Assembly: GCF_041625615.1 (NCBI RefSeq)
Contig: NZ_JBFJTF010000010.1
Coordinates: forward strand, 2,999-26,998
Direction of reading: 5' to 3'
Length of the DNA: 24,000 nucleotides
Source of the DNA: Immundisolibacter sp.
GTDB taxonomy: Bacteria; Pseudomonadota; Gammaproteobacteria; Immundisolibacterales; Immundisolibacteraceae
This document shows positions 1-9,640 of this stretch, piece after piece. The translations under genes and the position numbers were made by a program. A model generated the notes under the pieces. That model did not search any database. It was not told the origin of the DNA and saw only the letters and a list, made by a program, of their open reading frames with translations. Positions within the stretch are counted from its first letter, which is position 1; every line of letters begins with the position of its first letter.

Positions 1-241
1 TCAGCCCCATGCGCTCACGCGCGTCGGCCGGCGCCAGGCTGATCGTGGCCAACTCGGCCTGGGCCGCAGTTGCGCCGACCAGGTCGATGCGCGCCTCGAG
101 CGGCTGGCCGAGTGCCGAGTCAACGTGCAAGGTGCCCAGGCCCAGTGCCTGGGCGCTCATCGGCGCAAAGCCGATGGGCAGCAGCAGGGCCGGTGCCAGC
201 GCCTTGCGCAATTTCTTGTCGGCCACCTTGGTCTTAGCCAC
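1..241 (-). CDS. fimV: FimV-like pilus assembly/peptidoglycan-binding protein, N-terminal part; the gene runs off the left edge
   Basis: Not in the ORF track. My minus-strand translation from GTG at 241 gives MAKTKVADKKLRKALAPALLLPIGFAPMSAQALGLGTLHVDSALGQPLEARIDLVGATAAQAELATISLAPADARERMGL. This has a signal-like N-terminus followed by the LGLG...S.L.QPL.A.I.L motif typical of FimV N-termini. An AGGGAGGG SD lies 5 nt upstream. The position just downstream of asd matches the known leuB-asd-fimV synteny. Confidence 0.65.
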   Translation of the reverse strand, partial: MAKTKVADKKLRKALAPALLLPIGFAPMSAQALGLGTLHVDSALGQPLEARIDLVGATAAQAELATISLAPADARERMGL

Positions 242-319
242 CGAAGCCCTCCCTATATTCGTGCCGCGGTGTGGATTTGCCCAGAGAGTAGCTCAGCCGG
301 ACGGACGCCACAAACCGGA

Positions 320-1348
320 TCAAGCGTCCAGATACTCGGCAATGAGCCGTTCGGCGATCTGCACACTGTTGGTGGCGGCACCTTTGCGAATGTTGTCCGA
401 CACCACCCACAGGTTCAGGCCGCAGGGGTGCGAGATGTCCTCACGGATACGACCGACGTAGACCCAGTCCTCGCCAGTCGCCTCGACCGCCGTCGGATAA
501 CCGCCGGGCGCCCGCTCGTCGATGACCTGCACACCGGCGGCCTGCGCCAGCAGCAACCGCGCCTCGTCGGCACCCAGCGGGCGCTCGAACTCGACGTGCA
601 CCACCTCGGAATGACCGTAGAACACCGGAATGCGCACGCAGGTGGGGTTCACCTCGATGTCGGCGTCGCCCAGGATCTTGCGCGTCTCCCACACCATCTT
701 CATTTCTTCCCGGGTGTAACCGTTCTCCTGGAAGCTGTCGATGTGCGGCAGGGCGTTGAAGGCGATCTGCTTCGGATACACCTTCGGCTCGGTCGGCTTG
801 CCGTTGAGCAGCGCCGCGGTCTGGCCGGCCAGTTCCTCGATGGCCTGCTTGCCGGTGCCCGACACCGACTGGTAGGTCGCGACGTTGATGCGGCGGATGC
901 GCGCGGCGTCGTGCAGCGGCTTCAGGGCCACCACCATCTGGATGGTGGAACAGTTGGGGTTGGCGATGATGCCGCGGTCGCGATAATCGGCGATGTCGTG
1001 CGGATTGACCTCCGGCACCACCAGCGGGATGTCGGGCTCGTTGCGGAAATGCGAGGTGTTGTCGATCACCACGCAGCCGGCCTCGGCGGCACGCGGCGCG
1101 TACTCGGCGGAAACCGATCCGCCGGCCGAGAACAGCCCGATCTCGACCTGCGAGAAATCGAACGTGGCCAGGTCCTGCACCTTCAGGCGCCGGTCACCGC
1201 AGCGCACCTCCTTCCCCACTGACCGCTCGCTGGCCAGCGCATACAACTCGCCGATCGGGAACTGCCGTTCGGCCAGCACCTCGAGCATGGTCTCGCCGAC
1301 CGCGCCGGTAGCGCCGACCACGGCCACATTGAACTTGCGACTCATCAC
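320..1348 (-). CDS. asd: Aspartate-semialdehyde dehydrogenase, short ~340-aa class
   Basis: 342-aa ORF with an N-terminal VAVVGATGAVG Rossmann motif, the catalytic-Cys motif IIANPNCSTIQM, and FYGHSE containing the catalytic His. It aligns along its full length, from memory, with Bacillus-type Asd. Confidence 0.92.
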   Translation of the reverse strand: MMSRKFNVAVVGATGAVGETMLEVLAERQFPIGELYALASERSVGKEVRCGDRRLKVQDLATFDFSQVEIGLFSAGGSVSAEYAPRAAEAGCVVIDNTSHFRNEPDIPLVVPEVNPHDIADYRDRGIIANPNCSTIQMVVALKPLHDAARIRRINVATYQSVSGTGKQAIEELAGQTAALLNGKPTEPKVYPKQIAFNALPHIDSFQENGYTREEMKMVWETRKILGDADIEVNPTCVRIPVFYGHSEVVHVEFERPLGADEARLLLAQAAGVQVIDERAPGGYPTAVEATGEDWVYVGRIREDISHPCGLNLWVVSDNIRKGAATNSVQIAERLIAEYLDA

Positions 1349-1360
1349 ATCACCCTGGAA

Positions 1361-2446
1361 TCAGGCACCGTCGCGCAGGGCCGCCACCACCGCGTCACCC
1401 ATCTGCGCGGTGCCGAGCACGGTCTCCCCGGGCACGGCGATGTCGGCCGTGCGCAGCCCCTGACGCAGCACGCTGGCCACTGCCTGCTCCACGCCGTCGG
1501 CGGCGGCCGACTCGCCCAGGCTGTAGCGCAGCAGCATGGCCACCGACAGCAACGTTGCCAGCGGGTTGGCCTTCTGCTGCCCGGCGATGTCCGGCGCGGA
1601 GCCGTGCACCGGCTCGTACATGCCGAAACCGCTTTCGTTCAGCGACGCCGACGGCAGCATGCCGATGGAACCGGTCAGCATGGCGGCGCAGTCGGACAGG
1701 ATGTCGCCGAACAGGTTCTCGGTGACCACCACGTCGAACTGCTTCGGGGCCCGCACCAGCTGCATGGCGGCGTTGTCCACGTACATGTGGCTCAGTTCGA
1801 CGTCCGGATACTCCGCCGCCAGGCGCGTCATGACCTCGCGCCACAGCTGACTGGTTTCCAGCACGTTGGCCTTGTCCACCGAGCACAGGCGCCGGCCGCG
1901 GCGACGGGCGATGTCGAAACCGGTGCGCCCGATGCGCTCGATCTCGGCCTCGCTGTAAACCATGGTGTTGCGGCCCTCGCGGCTGCCATCGTCCAGCGTG
2001 CCGACACCGCGCGGCTCACCGAAGTAGATGCCGCCGGTCAGCTCGCGGATGATGACGATGTCGAGCCCCGCCACCACCTCCGGCTTCAGGGTCGAGGCGC
2101 CGGCCAGTTCCGGGAACAGCAGCGCCGGGCGCAGGTTGGCGTACAGACCCAGCGCCTTGCGGATGCCGAGCAGGCCACGCTCCGGACGCAGGTGCGCCGG
2201 ACCACGATCCCACTTCTCGCCGCCGACGGCGCCCAGAAGCACCGCGTCGGCCTGCCGCGCCAGCGCCAGCGTCTCGTCAGGCAACGGCGTGCCACAGGCG
2301 TCGATGGCACAACCACCGAGCAGGCCGCGCGTGAACGTGAACTCGAGCCCGAAGCGCTCGCCCACCGCCAGCAGCAGCTTTTGCGCCTCGGCGACGATTT
2401 CCGGCCCGATGCCGTCACCCGGCAACAGCAACAGCGAGTGGCTCAT
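1361..2446 (-). CDS. leuB: 3-isopropylmalate dehydrogenase
   Basis: The ORF 1361..2479 contains [17 protein letters not shown]..., the typical LeuB N-terminus, starting at the internal ATG at 2446. That ATG overlaps the leuD stop as ATGA. The sequence has isocitrate/isopropylmalate dehydrogenase family features throughout. Confidence 0.93.
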   Translation of the reverse strand: MSHSLLLLPGDGIGPEIVAEAQKLLLAVGERFGLEFTFTRGLLGGCAIDACGTPLPDETLALARQADAVLLGAVGGEKWDRGPAHLRPERGLLGIRKALGLYANLRPALLFPELAGASTLKPEVVAGLDIVIIRELTGGIYFGEPRGVGTLDDGSREGRNTMVYSEAEIERIGRTGFDIARRRGRRLCSVDKANVLETSQLWREVMTRLAAEYPDVELSHMYVDNAAMQLVRAPKQFDVVVTENLFGDILSDCAAMLTGSIGMLPSASLNESGFGMYEPVHGSAPDIAGQQKANPLATLLSVAMLLRYSLGESAAADGVEQAVASVLRQGLRTADIAVPGETVLGTAQMGDAVVAALRDGA

Positions 2447-3102
2447 CGGGACGCTCCGGCATGGTCGGGAAACAGCCACGGCGCCTCGGCGGCGCGGCGC
2501 GCCTCGTAGGCGCGGATGGCGTCGGCATGTTCCAGCGTGAGCGCGACGTCATCGAGCCCGTTCAGCAGGCGGTGGCGACGGTCGGCATCAATGGAAAAGG
2601 CGAATGCCTCGCCGTCCGGCGTGCGCACTTCCAGCGCCTCCAGATCGACCGTCAGCCGGTAGCCCTCGTTGCCGGCCACGGCCTGGAACAGCCGCTCGAC
2701 GACGTCCTCGGGCAGCGTCACCGGCAGCAGGCCGTTCTTGAAGCTGTTGTTGTAGAAGATCTCGGCGAAGCTCGGCGCGATGACGGCGCGGATGCCGTAG
2801 TCGACCAGCGCCCACACCGCATGCTCGCGACTGGAGCCGCAGCCGAAGTTGCGCCGCGCCAGCAGCACCTGCGCGCCGGCGTAACGCGGCTGGTTGAGCA
2901 CGAAGTCCGGGTTCAGCGGCCGCCCCGAGCAGTCCTGCCCCGGCTCGCCGTGATCCAGATAGCGCCACTCGTCGAACAGATTCGGCCCGAAGCCACTGCG
3001 CTTGACCGACTTCAGGAACTGCTTGGGGATGATGGCGTCGGTGTCGATGTTGGCACGATCGACCGGCACCACCAGGCCATTGATTGAAGTGAATTTTTCC
3101 AT
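2443..3102 (-). CDS. leuD: 3-isopropylmalate dehydratase small subunit
   Basis: From the internal ATG at 3102 the ORF reads [31 protein letters not shown]...[13 protein letters not shown], which are canonical LeuD motifs. The upstream part of the 258-aa track ORF is non-coding or overlaps the small lipoprotein ORF. Confidence 0.93.
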   Translation of the reverse strand: MEKFTSINGLVVPVDRANIDTDAIIPKQFLKSVKRSGFGPNLFDEWRYLDHGEPGQDCSGRPLNPDFVLNQPRYAGAQVLLARRNFGCGSSREHAVWALVDYGIRAVIAPSFAEIFYNNSFKNGLLPVTLPEDVVERLFQAVAGNEGYRLTVDLEALEVRTPDGEAFAFSIDADRRHRLLNGLDDVALTLEHADAIRAYEARRAAEAPWLFPDHAGASR

Positions 3103-3113
3103 GATCGGATCGC

Positions 3114-3239
3114 TTACTTGGCAGACTTCTCGATGGCCTCGCCACCGCGCTGGATGTCCTTGCCGATTCCCTCGATGGTGTTGCAGGCGCTCAGCGTCAG
3201 CAGCACACCGGCGGCACACAGCAGTTTCAGAGCTTGCAT
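3114..3239 (-). CDS. Entericidin (EcnA/EcnB)-family small lipoprotein, 41 aa
   Basis: Hand translation of the minus strand gives [44 protein letters not shown]. It has a signal peptide with an L-S-A-C lipobox followed by the NT.EG.GKD......G..I motif of the entericidin family. A GAGGG SD overlaps the leuC stop, about 7 nt before the ATG. The ORF is too short for the supplied track. Confidence 0.75.
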   Translation of the reverse strand: MQALKLLCAAGVLLTLSACNTIEGIGKDIQRGGEAIEKSAK

Positions 3240-3249
3240 CGGCTAACCC

Positions 3250-4653
3250 TCAGAGTTGGCGCACATCGACGAAATGGCCGGCCACCGCCGCGGCCGCCGC
3301 CATGGCCGGGCTGACCAGGTGGGTGCGCCCGCCCTGGCCCTGCCGGCCCTCGAAATTGCGGTTCGAGGTCGAGGCGCAACGCTCGCCCGCCTCCAGGCGG
3401 TCGGCATTCATGGCCAGGCACATGGAACAACCGGCCTCGCGCCACTCGAAGCCGGCCGCGCGGAAGATCTCGTCCAGACCCTCGGCCTCGGCCTGCCGCT
3501 TGACCAGCCCCGAGCCGGGTACCGCCAGCGCCAGCTGCACGTTGTCGGCCACCTTGCGCCCCTTGAGCACCGCCGCAGCGGCGCGGAAGTCCTCGATGCG
3601 GCCATTGGTGCACGAACCGATGAAGACCTTGTCGATGCGCACGTCGGTCAGCGCCGTACCGGGCTGAAGGTCCATGTAGCTGAGCGCCCGGCGCATGCCC
3701 TCGGCCCGTGCCGGGTCGGCCTCGGCGGCCGGGTCGGGCACCTGCCCGTGCACCGGCAGCACCATTTCCGGCGACGTACCCCAGGTCACCTGCGGCACCA
3801 GGCTGGCGGCGTCGATCTCGACCACCCGATCGAACTGCGCATCCGGATCGGACACCAGCGCCCGCCAGGCGGACGCCGCACGTTCGAAGGCCTCGCCCTG
3901 CGGCGCGAACGGCCGGCCGCGGACGTAGTCGATGGTGGTGTCGTCCACGGCCACCAGCCCGACACGCGCGCCGGCCTCGATGGCCATGTTGCACAGCGTC
4001 ATGCGCCCTTCCATGGACAGCGCACGCACCGCCTCGCCGCCGAACTCGATGGCATAGCCGGTGCCCCCGGCCGTGCCGATGGCGCCGATGATCGCCAGGA
4101 TCAGGTCCTTGGCATACACACCGGGCCCCAGCGCGCCGTCGACGCGAATCAGCATGTTCTTGGACTTGCGCTGCGGCAGCGTCTGCGTGGCCAGCGTGTG
4201 CTCGACCTCGGACGTGCCGATGCCGTAGGCCAGCGCGGCGAAGGCGCCGTGCGTGGCGGTGTGCGAGTCGCCACACACCACGGTCATGCCCGGCAGCGTG
4301 GCCCCCTGCTCGGGCCCGATGATGTGCACCACGCCCTGGCGCGGGTCGTCCATGCGGAACTCGGTGATGCCGAACTGCTCGCAGTTGCGATCCAGCGTGG
4401 CCACCTGCTCGGCCGACACCGGGTCGGCAATGCCCACGCTGCGGTCGGTGGTCGGCACGTTGTGATCGGCCACCGCCAGGTTGGCCGCCGTGCGCCACGG
4501 CCGGCGACCGGACAGCGCCAGGCCCTCGAAGGCCTGCGGCGAGGTCACCTCATGGATCAGGTGACGATCGATGTACAGCAGCACCGAACCGTCCGGCTCG
4601 GAGTGCACCACGTGGGAATCCCACAATTTGTCGTACAGGGTTTTGCCGACCAT
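3250..4653 (-). CDS. leuC: 3-isopropylmalate dehydratase large subunit
   Basis: 467-aa ORF beginning [16 protein letters not shown]...[14 protein letters not shown], with the GSCTNGR Fe-S ligand motif. It is a full-length aconitase-family LeuC. Confidence 0.95.
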   Translation of the reverse strand: MVGKTLYDKLWDSHVVHSEPDGSVLLYIDRHLIHEVTSPQAFEGLALSGRRPWRTAANLAVADHNVPTTDRSVGIADPVSAEQVATLDRNCEQFGITEFRMDDPRQGVVHIIGPEQGATLPGMTVVCGDSHTATHGAFAALAYGIGTSEVEHTLATQTLPQRKSKNMLIRVDGALGPGVYAKDLILAIIGAIGTAGGTGYAIEFGGEAVRALSMEGRMTLCNMAIEAGARVGLVAVDDTTIDYVRGRPFAPQGEAFERAASAWRALVSDPDAQFDRVVEIDAASLVPQVTWGTSPEMVLPVHGQVPDPAAEADPARAEGMRRALSYMDLQPGTALTDVRIDKVFIGSCTNGRIEDFRAAAAVLKGRKVADNVQLALAVPGSGLVKRQAEAEGLDEIFRAAGFEWREAGCSMCLAMNADRLEAGERCASTSNRNFEGRQGQGGRTHLVSPAMAAAAAVAGHFVDVRQL

Positions 4654-4876
4654 GGCATGCCTACCGTAACTGTCGCTGATACTTCAAAGCGCGATGTCGG
4701 ACGATGACCGTCGCCAACGCGACCGCCCCGAACAACGCCGCTGGCGCCGCCCGACCTCCGCTTCAACCTTCATGAATCGCCATCCGCTCGACAAGCGGCC
4801 ACGACCTGCCCAGAATCTGGCCCCGCTCCGCCACGGACCTTGCACGCTTTACGATACCGACGATCCGGCGCATGCC

Positions 4877-5281
4877 ATGACTTATCGCGAACTCGCCATC
4901 TGGCTCGAGAACCAACTCGGCACCTGCCACCTGCTGGTCAACCGTGCGGCCAAGGAACCGGCCGACCTGTTGCTGGCCACCGGCCTGCACGACCGGCTGG
5001 TGAAAGAGCTGCTGCGGGCGATTTATAAAAACAATCGATGCTACCACATCCGGGCCCGACTCTCGGCCGAGCGGACGCTGGCCGCGCTGCAGCCGGTGCG
5101 CGAAAAAGTCCTCGACCACCCCAACACCGACCTGCTGACCGTGCGCTTCCTCGACGCCGTCGACAGCGCGGTGCGGGCGGCGTTCCGCCTGCCCCCCGAT
5201 AGCGGGCGTTCAGGACCGGCCGGCACGCCGGCGCAGGTCATCCCGCTGCCGCGTTGGCGGGCTCTGACGCATACCGGCTGA
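4877..5281 (+). CDS. Hypothetical protein (orphan); start uncertain, with in-frame ATGs at 4694, 4772 and 4877
   Basis: 195-aa open frame. From ATG 4877 (MTYRELAIWLENQLG...) third codon positions are strongly G/C-biased, like the real genes here. Upstream of 4877 the bias is weaker, 23 of 35 codons by my count. There is no recognisable SD and I recognise no family. The 3' end overlaps the convergent MFS gene by 44 nt. Confidence 0.35.
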   Translation: MTYRELAIWLENQLGTCHLLVNRAAKEPADLLLATGLHDRLVKELLRAIYKNNRCYHIRARLSAERTLAALQPVREKVLDHPNTDLLTVRFLDAVDSAVRAAFRLPPDSGRSGPAGTPAQVIPLPRWRALTHTG

Positions 5282-6416
5282 GCCAGGCCCACAGCGCGGC
5301 ACCGAGCAACGCCGCCAGCGCCGCCAGCTCGAACACCCGCGTCGCACCCAGCCCATCCCACAGCACCCCGCTGAGCACGCCACCCACGGCGCCGCCGCCG
5401 CCCATGCACAGACCGCTGTAGAGCGCCTGACCGCGCCCCTGCAGGGCGCCTGGGAAGAACCGCTGCACCTGCGCCAGTGCCGCGACGTGAAACGCGCCGA
5501 AGCTGGCGGCATGCAGCAGCTGCGCCGGCAGCAGCCAACCCAGCGCCGGCGCGCCGTGACCGATCAGCAGCCAGCGCCCACCGGCCAACAGCAGACTCGC
5601 CATGAACACCCGCGCCGCGCCCAACCGTGGCAGCAGGCGCGCCAGTGCCAGGAACATGGCCACCTCGGCCACCACCCCAAGCGCCCACAGCGCGCCGACC
5701 GCCGTACGGGCGTAGCCGAGGTCCTCGAGCAGGATTGAATAGAACGCGTAGTACGGACCGTGACTGGTCTGCATCAGAAAGGCGGCGGCCAGGAACCCCA
5801 GCGCCGCCGGATGACGCATGGCCACGCGCAGCGAGGCGCGCGCCTGCACCGCCGGTGCCCCGACCCGATCCGGGACCAGCAGGCTGCTGATGAACGTGCC
5901 ACCCATGGTGGCCAGCAACACCAGCAACAGGGTCTCGATGCCGGCGCGTTCGAGCAGCCAGCCACCGCCCAGCACCACGCCGATGAAACCCACCGAACCC
6001 CACAGGCGAATGCGGCCGTACAGATTGCCGGCGGACCCGAGGTGGCCAAGGGTGACGATTTCGAACTGCGGCAGGGCAGCGTTCCAGAAAAAGCCGAAGG
6101 CCGCGGTGATCAGCGCCACCTGCCAGAAACCGTGGGCCACGAACATGCCGCAGAAGACCAGGGTCATCAGCAAGGCCGACAGGCGCACCACGGCGATGCG
6201 GCGCGGCACCCGGTCACCCAGCCAGGCACTGGCCCACGGCGCCACGATGCGCGTCAGCGTGCCGACCGCCATCAACTGGCCGATCTCGAACGCGCTCATG
6301 CCGCGGGCGCGCAGGAACACCGTCCAGTACGGCACCATGGCGCCGAGGATGGCGAAGTAGAACAGGTAGAAGGCCGACAGCCGCCAGTAAGGCAGCCGTC
6401 GCGGGTCAGTCGTCAA
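5238..6416 (-). CDS. MFS transporter, PPP/HcaT-like (MFS_1_like) type
   Basis: 392-aa ORF, hydrophobic throughout with about 12 predicted TM segments by eye. The N-terminus [37 protein letters not shown] resembles the 3-phenylpropionate-type MFS subfamily. The start overlaps the aroC stop by 11 nt. Confidence 0.8.
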   Translation of the reverse strand: MTTDPRRLPYWRLSAFYLFYFAILGAMVPYWTVFLRARGMSAFEIGQLMAVGTLTRIVAPWASAWLGDRVPRRIAVVRLSALLMTLVFCGMFVAHGFWQVALITAAFGFFWNAALPQFEIVTLGHLGSAGNLYGRIRLWGSVGFIGVVLGGGWLLERAGIETLLLVLLATMGGTFISSLLVPDRVGAPAVQARASLRVAMRHPAALGFLAAAFLMQTSHGPYYAFYSILLEDLGYARTAVGALWALGVVAEVAMFLALARLLPRLGAARVFMASLLLAGGRWLLIGHGAPALGWLLPAQLLHAASFGAFHVAALAQVQRFFPGALQGRGQALYSGLCMGGGGAVGGVLSGVLWDGLGATRVFELAALAALLGAALWAWLSRYASEPANAAAG

Positions 6417-7506
6417 CCGCGCCGGGGATGACCGGCGTGCCCGGCACCACGCCGGCGTTCTGCGCCTGCTGGCGCAGCAGGTGGTCCATCAGCACCAGCG
6501 CCAGCATGGCCTCGGCGATCGGCACCGCGCGGATGCCCACGCACGGATCGTGGCGGCCGGTGGTGACAATGTCGGTGTCGGCACCGTGGATGTCCACGGT
6601 ACGGCCGGGCAGGCGGATGCTGGACGTCGGCTTCAGCGCCAGGCTGACGACCACGTCCTGACCGCTGGAGATGCCACCCAGCACGCCCCCGGCGCGGTTG
6701 GACAGGAACCCCGCGGCGGTTATCTGGTCACGGTGCTCGCTGCCGCGCTGGTTCACCACCTCGAAACCGGCGCCGATCTCCACCCCCTTGACCGCATTGA
6801 TGCCCATCATGGCGTGCGCGATGTCGGCATCCAGGCGGTCGAACACCGGCTCGCCCAGACCTGGCGGCACACCGTGCGCCAACACGGTCACGCGTGCGCC
6901 GACCGAGTCGCCGTCGCGGCGCAGTTGCGTGATGGCCGCTTCCAGTTCGGCCACCCGCCCCGGGTCCGGACAGAAAAACGGGTTGTCGTTCACCGCCGCC
7001 CAGTCGCGCAACTCGAGGGCGATATCACCCATCTGGGCCAGATAGCCGCGAATGACCACGCCCCGCTGGGCCAGGTACTTGCGCGCCACCGCCCCGGCAG
7101 CGACCCGCGCCGCGGTCTCGCGGGCCGACGAGCGACCGCCGCCGCGGTAGTCGCGACGGCCGAACTTGTGCTGGTAGGTGTAGTCGGCGTGACCGGGCCG
7201 GAACTTGTCCTTGATGGCGGCGTAATCGCGCGAGCGCTGGTCGGTGTTGCGGATCAGCAGACCGATCGGCGTGCCGGTGGTCACCCCTTCGAACACGCCG
7301 GACAGGATCTCCACCTGGTCCGCCTCCTTGCGCTGGGTGGTGTAGCGCGAGGTGCCGGGCCGGCGCCGGTCCAGGTCCGGCTGGATGTCGGCCTCGCTCA
7401 GCGGCAGGCCCGGCGGACAACCGTCGACGATGGCGCCAAGCGCGGCGCCGTGGCTCTCGCCAAAGGTGGTGACCGTGAACAGACGGCCAAAGGTATTGCC
7501 AGACAT
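6406..7506 (-). CDS. aroC: Chorismate synthase
   Basis: 366-aa ORF beginning [20 protein letters not shown]...GRHDPCVG, which are canonical AroC signature motifs. Confidence 0.95.
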   Translation of the reverse strand: MSGNTFGRLFTVTTFGESHGAALGAIVDGCPPGLPLSEADIQPDLDRRRPGTSRYTTQRKEADQVEILSGVFEGVTTGTPIGLLIRNTDQRSRDYAAIKDKFRPGHADYTYQHKFGRRDYRGGGRSSARETAARVAAGAVARKYLAQRGVVIRGYLAQMGDIALELRDWAAVNDNPFFCPDPGRVAELEAAITQLRRDGDSVGARVTVLAHGVPPGLGEPVFDRLDADIAHAMMGINAVKGVEIGAGFEVVNQRGSEHRDQITAAGFLSNRAGGVLGGISSGQDVVVSLALKPTSSIRLPGRTVDIHGADTDIVTTGRHDPCVGIRAVPIAEAMLALVLMDHLLRQQAQNAGVVPGTPVIPGAVDD

Positions 7507-7519
7507 CGAGCCGGTATCC

Positions 7520-8695
7520 TCAGATCACGAAATGCACCGCCACATCGACGACGTGCGGCACGTCGTAAAGCGGCGTTTTCAGGCGCTCGGCCAGGGACCG
7601 CGCGGCGGCGGCGTCAGGCGCCAGCTCCAGCGGCAGATGCAGCTCGACACCGATGCGGTCGGCATCGTAGTGCAGCAGCACCTGCCGCACCTGCTCCGCG
7701 CCCGGAACGCCGGCGATGGTGCCGCGGATCTGCCGCTCCAGGTCGGCGCGCAACGGCAGCGTGCGACCCCGCTCGAAGGACTGGTCATCCTCGGTATCGA
7801 TATGCACCAGCACGTCGCTGACCTCGTCCAGGTCGCGGATCAGCCGCTCTCGGATGTGCTCGGCGATGCGGTGGCCTTCCGACACGCTGATGTGCGGGTT
7901 GACCTGAACGTGCACGTCAACCAGCGCATCCGGCCCGGCGCGGCGGGTGCGCAGCATGTGCAGGCCATGCACGCCTTCCACGTCCCGGATGGTACGCCGG
8001 ATGGCCGCCACCCGCTCGCGCGCCAGGGCGCTGTCGGCCAGTTCCGACGCCGATTGCCACAACAACTCCCAACCGACGCGGGCGATCAGCACCGACACGC
8101 CGATGGCTGCCACCGGGTCCAGGTACGGCATGCCCAGCAGACTGCCGCCGACGCCCGTCAGCACCACCAGCGAGGAGATGGAGTCGGTGCGCTGATGCCA
8201 GGCGTTGGCCTCGAGCATGCGCGAACGGGTTTCCCGGCCGACGCGCAGCGTGTAGCGGTAGATCCATTCCTTGAGCGCGATGGCCACCACCGCCACGGCC
8301 AGTGCCGCCGGGCCGGGCGGCAGGATCTGCTCGGGGTCCAGCAGGCGCTGGGCGGCGTGCAGGCTGATACCGGCGGCGGTTGCCAGCAGCACCCCGCCCA
8401 GGAACACCGACACCAGCGTCTCGATGCGGCCGTGACCGTAGGGATGCTTGGCGTCCGGCGCGCGCGCGCTCTGCCGGGCGCCGTACAGCACGGCCATGTC
8501 GCTGAACAGGTCAGCGGTCGAGTCGATGGCGTCGGCGATCAGCGCCTGCGAATGGGCGAAGATGCCCCCGGCGAACTTGATCAGCGCCAGGAACAGATTG
8601 ATCCCGGCGGCGATCAGCGTGACCCGGCGCCCGGCCTGATAACGGTCGCTGGCCTCCGGCCGACCGGCCTCAGGCCGACTGGCGGTCGCCGGCAT
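7520..8695 (-). CDS. Cation diffusion facilitator (CDF) family metal efflux transporter
   Basis: 391-aa ORF containing [20 protein letters not shown] and [11 protein letters not shown], followed by a C-terminal cytoplasmic domain. This is the typical FieF/CzcD-like CDF architecture. No alternative in-frame ATG or GTG exists downstream of 8695 before TM1. Confidence 0.88.
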   Translation of the reverse strand: MPATASRPEAGRPEASDRYQAGRRVTLIAAGINLFLALIKFAGGIFAHSQALIADAIDSTADLFSDMAVLYGARQSARAPDAKHPYGHGRIETLVSVFLGGVLLATAAGISLHAAQRLLDPEQILPPGPAALAVAVVAIALKEWIYRYTLRVGRETRSRMLEANAWHQRTDSISSLVVLTGVGGSLLGMPYLDPVAAIGVSVLIARVGWELLWQSASELADSALARERVAAIRRTIRDVEGVHGLHMLRTRRAGPDALVDVHVQVNPHISVSEGHRIAEHIRERLIRDLDEVSDVLVHIDTEDDQSFERGRTLPLRADLERQIRGTIAGVPGAEQVRQVLLHYDADRIGVELHLPLELAPDAAAARSLAERLKTPLYDVPHVVDVAVHFVI

Positions 8696-8921
8696 CGCCG
8701 CCCACCTCGAGAATGATGGTCACCACGCCGTCGCGCTCGAAACTGTCGATGTGGCGGTGACCATTGATACGACACCAGGCCGGGATGTCGGCCAGCACGC
8801 CGTGATCCGTGCACTGCACCTCGAGCACGTCGCCCGGATGCAGGTCGCGGATCTTCGCCTGCGTGCGCAGCACCGGCAGCGGACACAGAAGGTAGCGGGC
8901 GTCGAGCGTATGATGGGCCAT
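8670..8921 (-). CDS. TusA/SirA-family sulfurtransferase-like protein
   Basis: 83-aa ORF: MAHHTLDARYLLCPLPVLRTQAKIRDLHPGDVLEVQCTD...DIPAWCRINGH. It contains the CPxP active-site motif and has TusA-family spacing. The 3' end overlaps the CDF start by 26 nt. Confidence 0.8.
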   Translation of the reverse strand: MAHHTLDARYLLCPLPVLRTQAKIRDLHPGDVLEVQCTDHGVLADIPAWCRINGHRHIDSFERDGVVTIILEVGGDAGDRQSA

Positions 8922-9007
8922 GATCGTGAAGGGCAGTGCCGGCGCCGATGCGCCCGCTGTCGTTCCGCCGTGCGCGAAAACAGCGCGACAGGATAGCGCG
9001 TCGGCTC

Positions 9008-9640
9008 ATGCCTGGTCATCCCAACCCCACCCCTGCGGCGCCGTGCACCGAGGTGACCGGCCTCATCCTGGCCGGCGGCCGCGGCGCACGCCTGGGCGGC
9101 GCCGACAAGGGCCTGCTGCCACTGACCAGCCAACCACTGGTGCAGCATGTCTTCGAGCGCCTGGCACCGCAGGTGCGCACCGTGCTCCTGAGCGCCAACC
9201 GCAACCACGCGCGGTACCGGGCTCTCGGCTTTGCACCGCTGGACGATGGCCCCTATCCGTACGCCGGCCCGCTGGCCGGCCTGCGCGCCGGGCTGCGGGC
9301 GTGTGACACGCCGTGGCTGTTGGCTGTGGCCTGCGACCTACCCCGGCTGCCGCTGGATCTGTGCGCGCGACTGCTGGCAGCGGCACCGCGCCAGGATGCG
9401 CGTGCCCGGGTGCCGTTCGACGGCACACGCCATCAGTACGCCTGCGTGCTGCTGCCGGCGAGCGCCTTGGCCGCCATTGAAGACAACCTGAAAAACGGCC
9501 GACACAGCCTGCAGGCCCTGTTCGCCACCACCGGCTGGTTGAGCGTGGATTTCTCCAGGGACGCGCAACGCCAGGATGCCTTTGCCAATCTGAACACATT
9601 GGCTGATTTCGAGACCCTCACCCGCACAGAGCAGCCATGA
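9008..9640 (+). CDS. mobA: Molybdenum cofactor guanylyltransferase
   Basis: The frame contains TGLILAGGRGARLGGADKGLLPL, then ...AGPLAGL..., then ...LAVACDLP, all MobA motifs. I chose the ATG at 9008 (MPGHPNP...); the track ORF starts at 8936. The stop overlaps the pyk ATG as ATGA. Confidence 0.85.
   Translation: MPGHPNPTPAAPCTEVTGLILAGGRGARLGGADKGLLPLTSQPLVQHVFERLAPQVRTVLLSANRNHARYRALGFAPLDDGPYPYAGPLAGLRAGLRACDTPWLLAVACDLPRLPLDLCARLLAAAPRQDARARVPFDGTRHQYACVLLPASALAAIEDNLKNGRHSLQALFATTGWLSVDFSRDAQRQDAFANLNTLADFETLTRTEQP

Noticed and set aside
8647-8676. Short tandem direct repeat ggcctcNggccgac x2 at the 5' end of the CDF gene, encoding [10 protein letters not shown].
   Set aside because: There are only two imperfect 14-15-nt units inside a coding N-terminal tail. 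This is consistent with slippage-type low complexity and is not a CRISPR or regulatory repeat.
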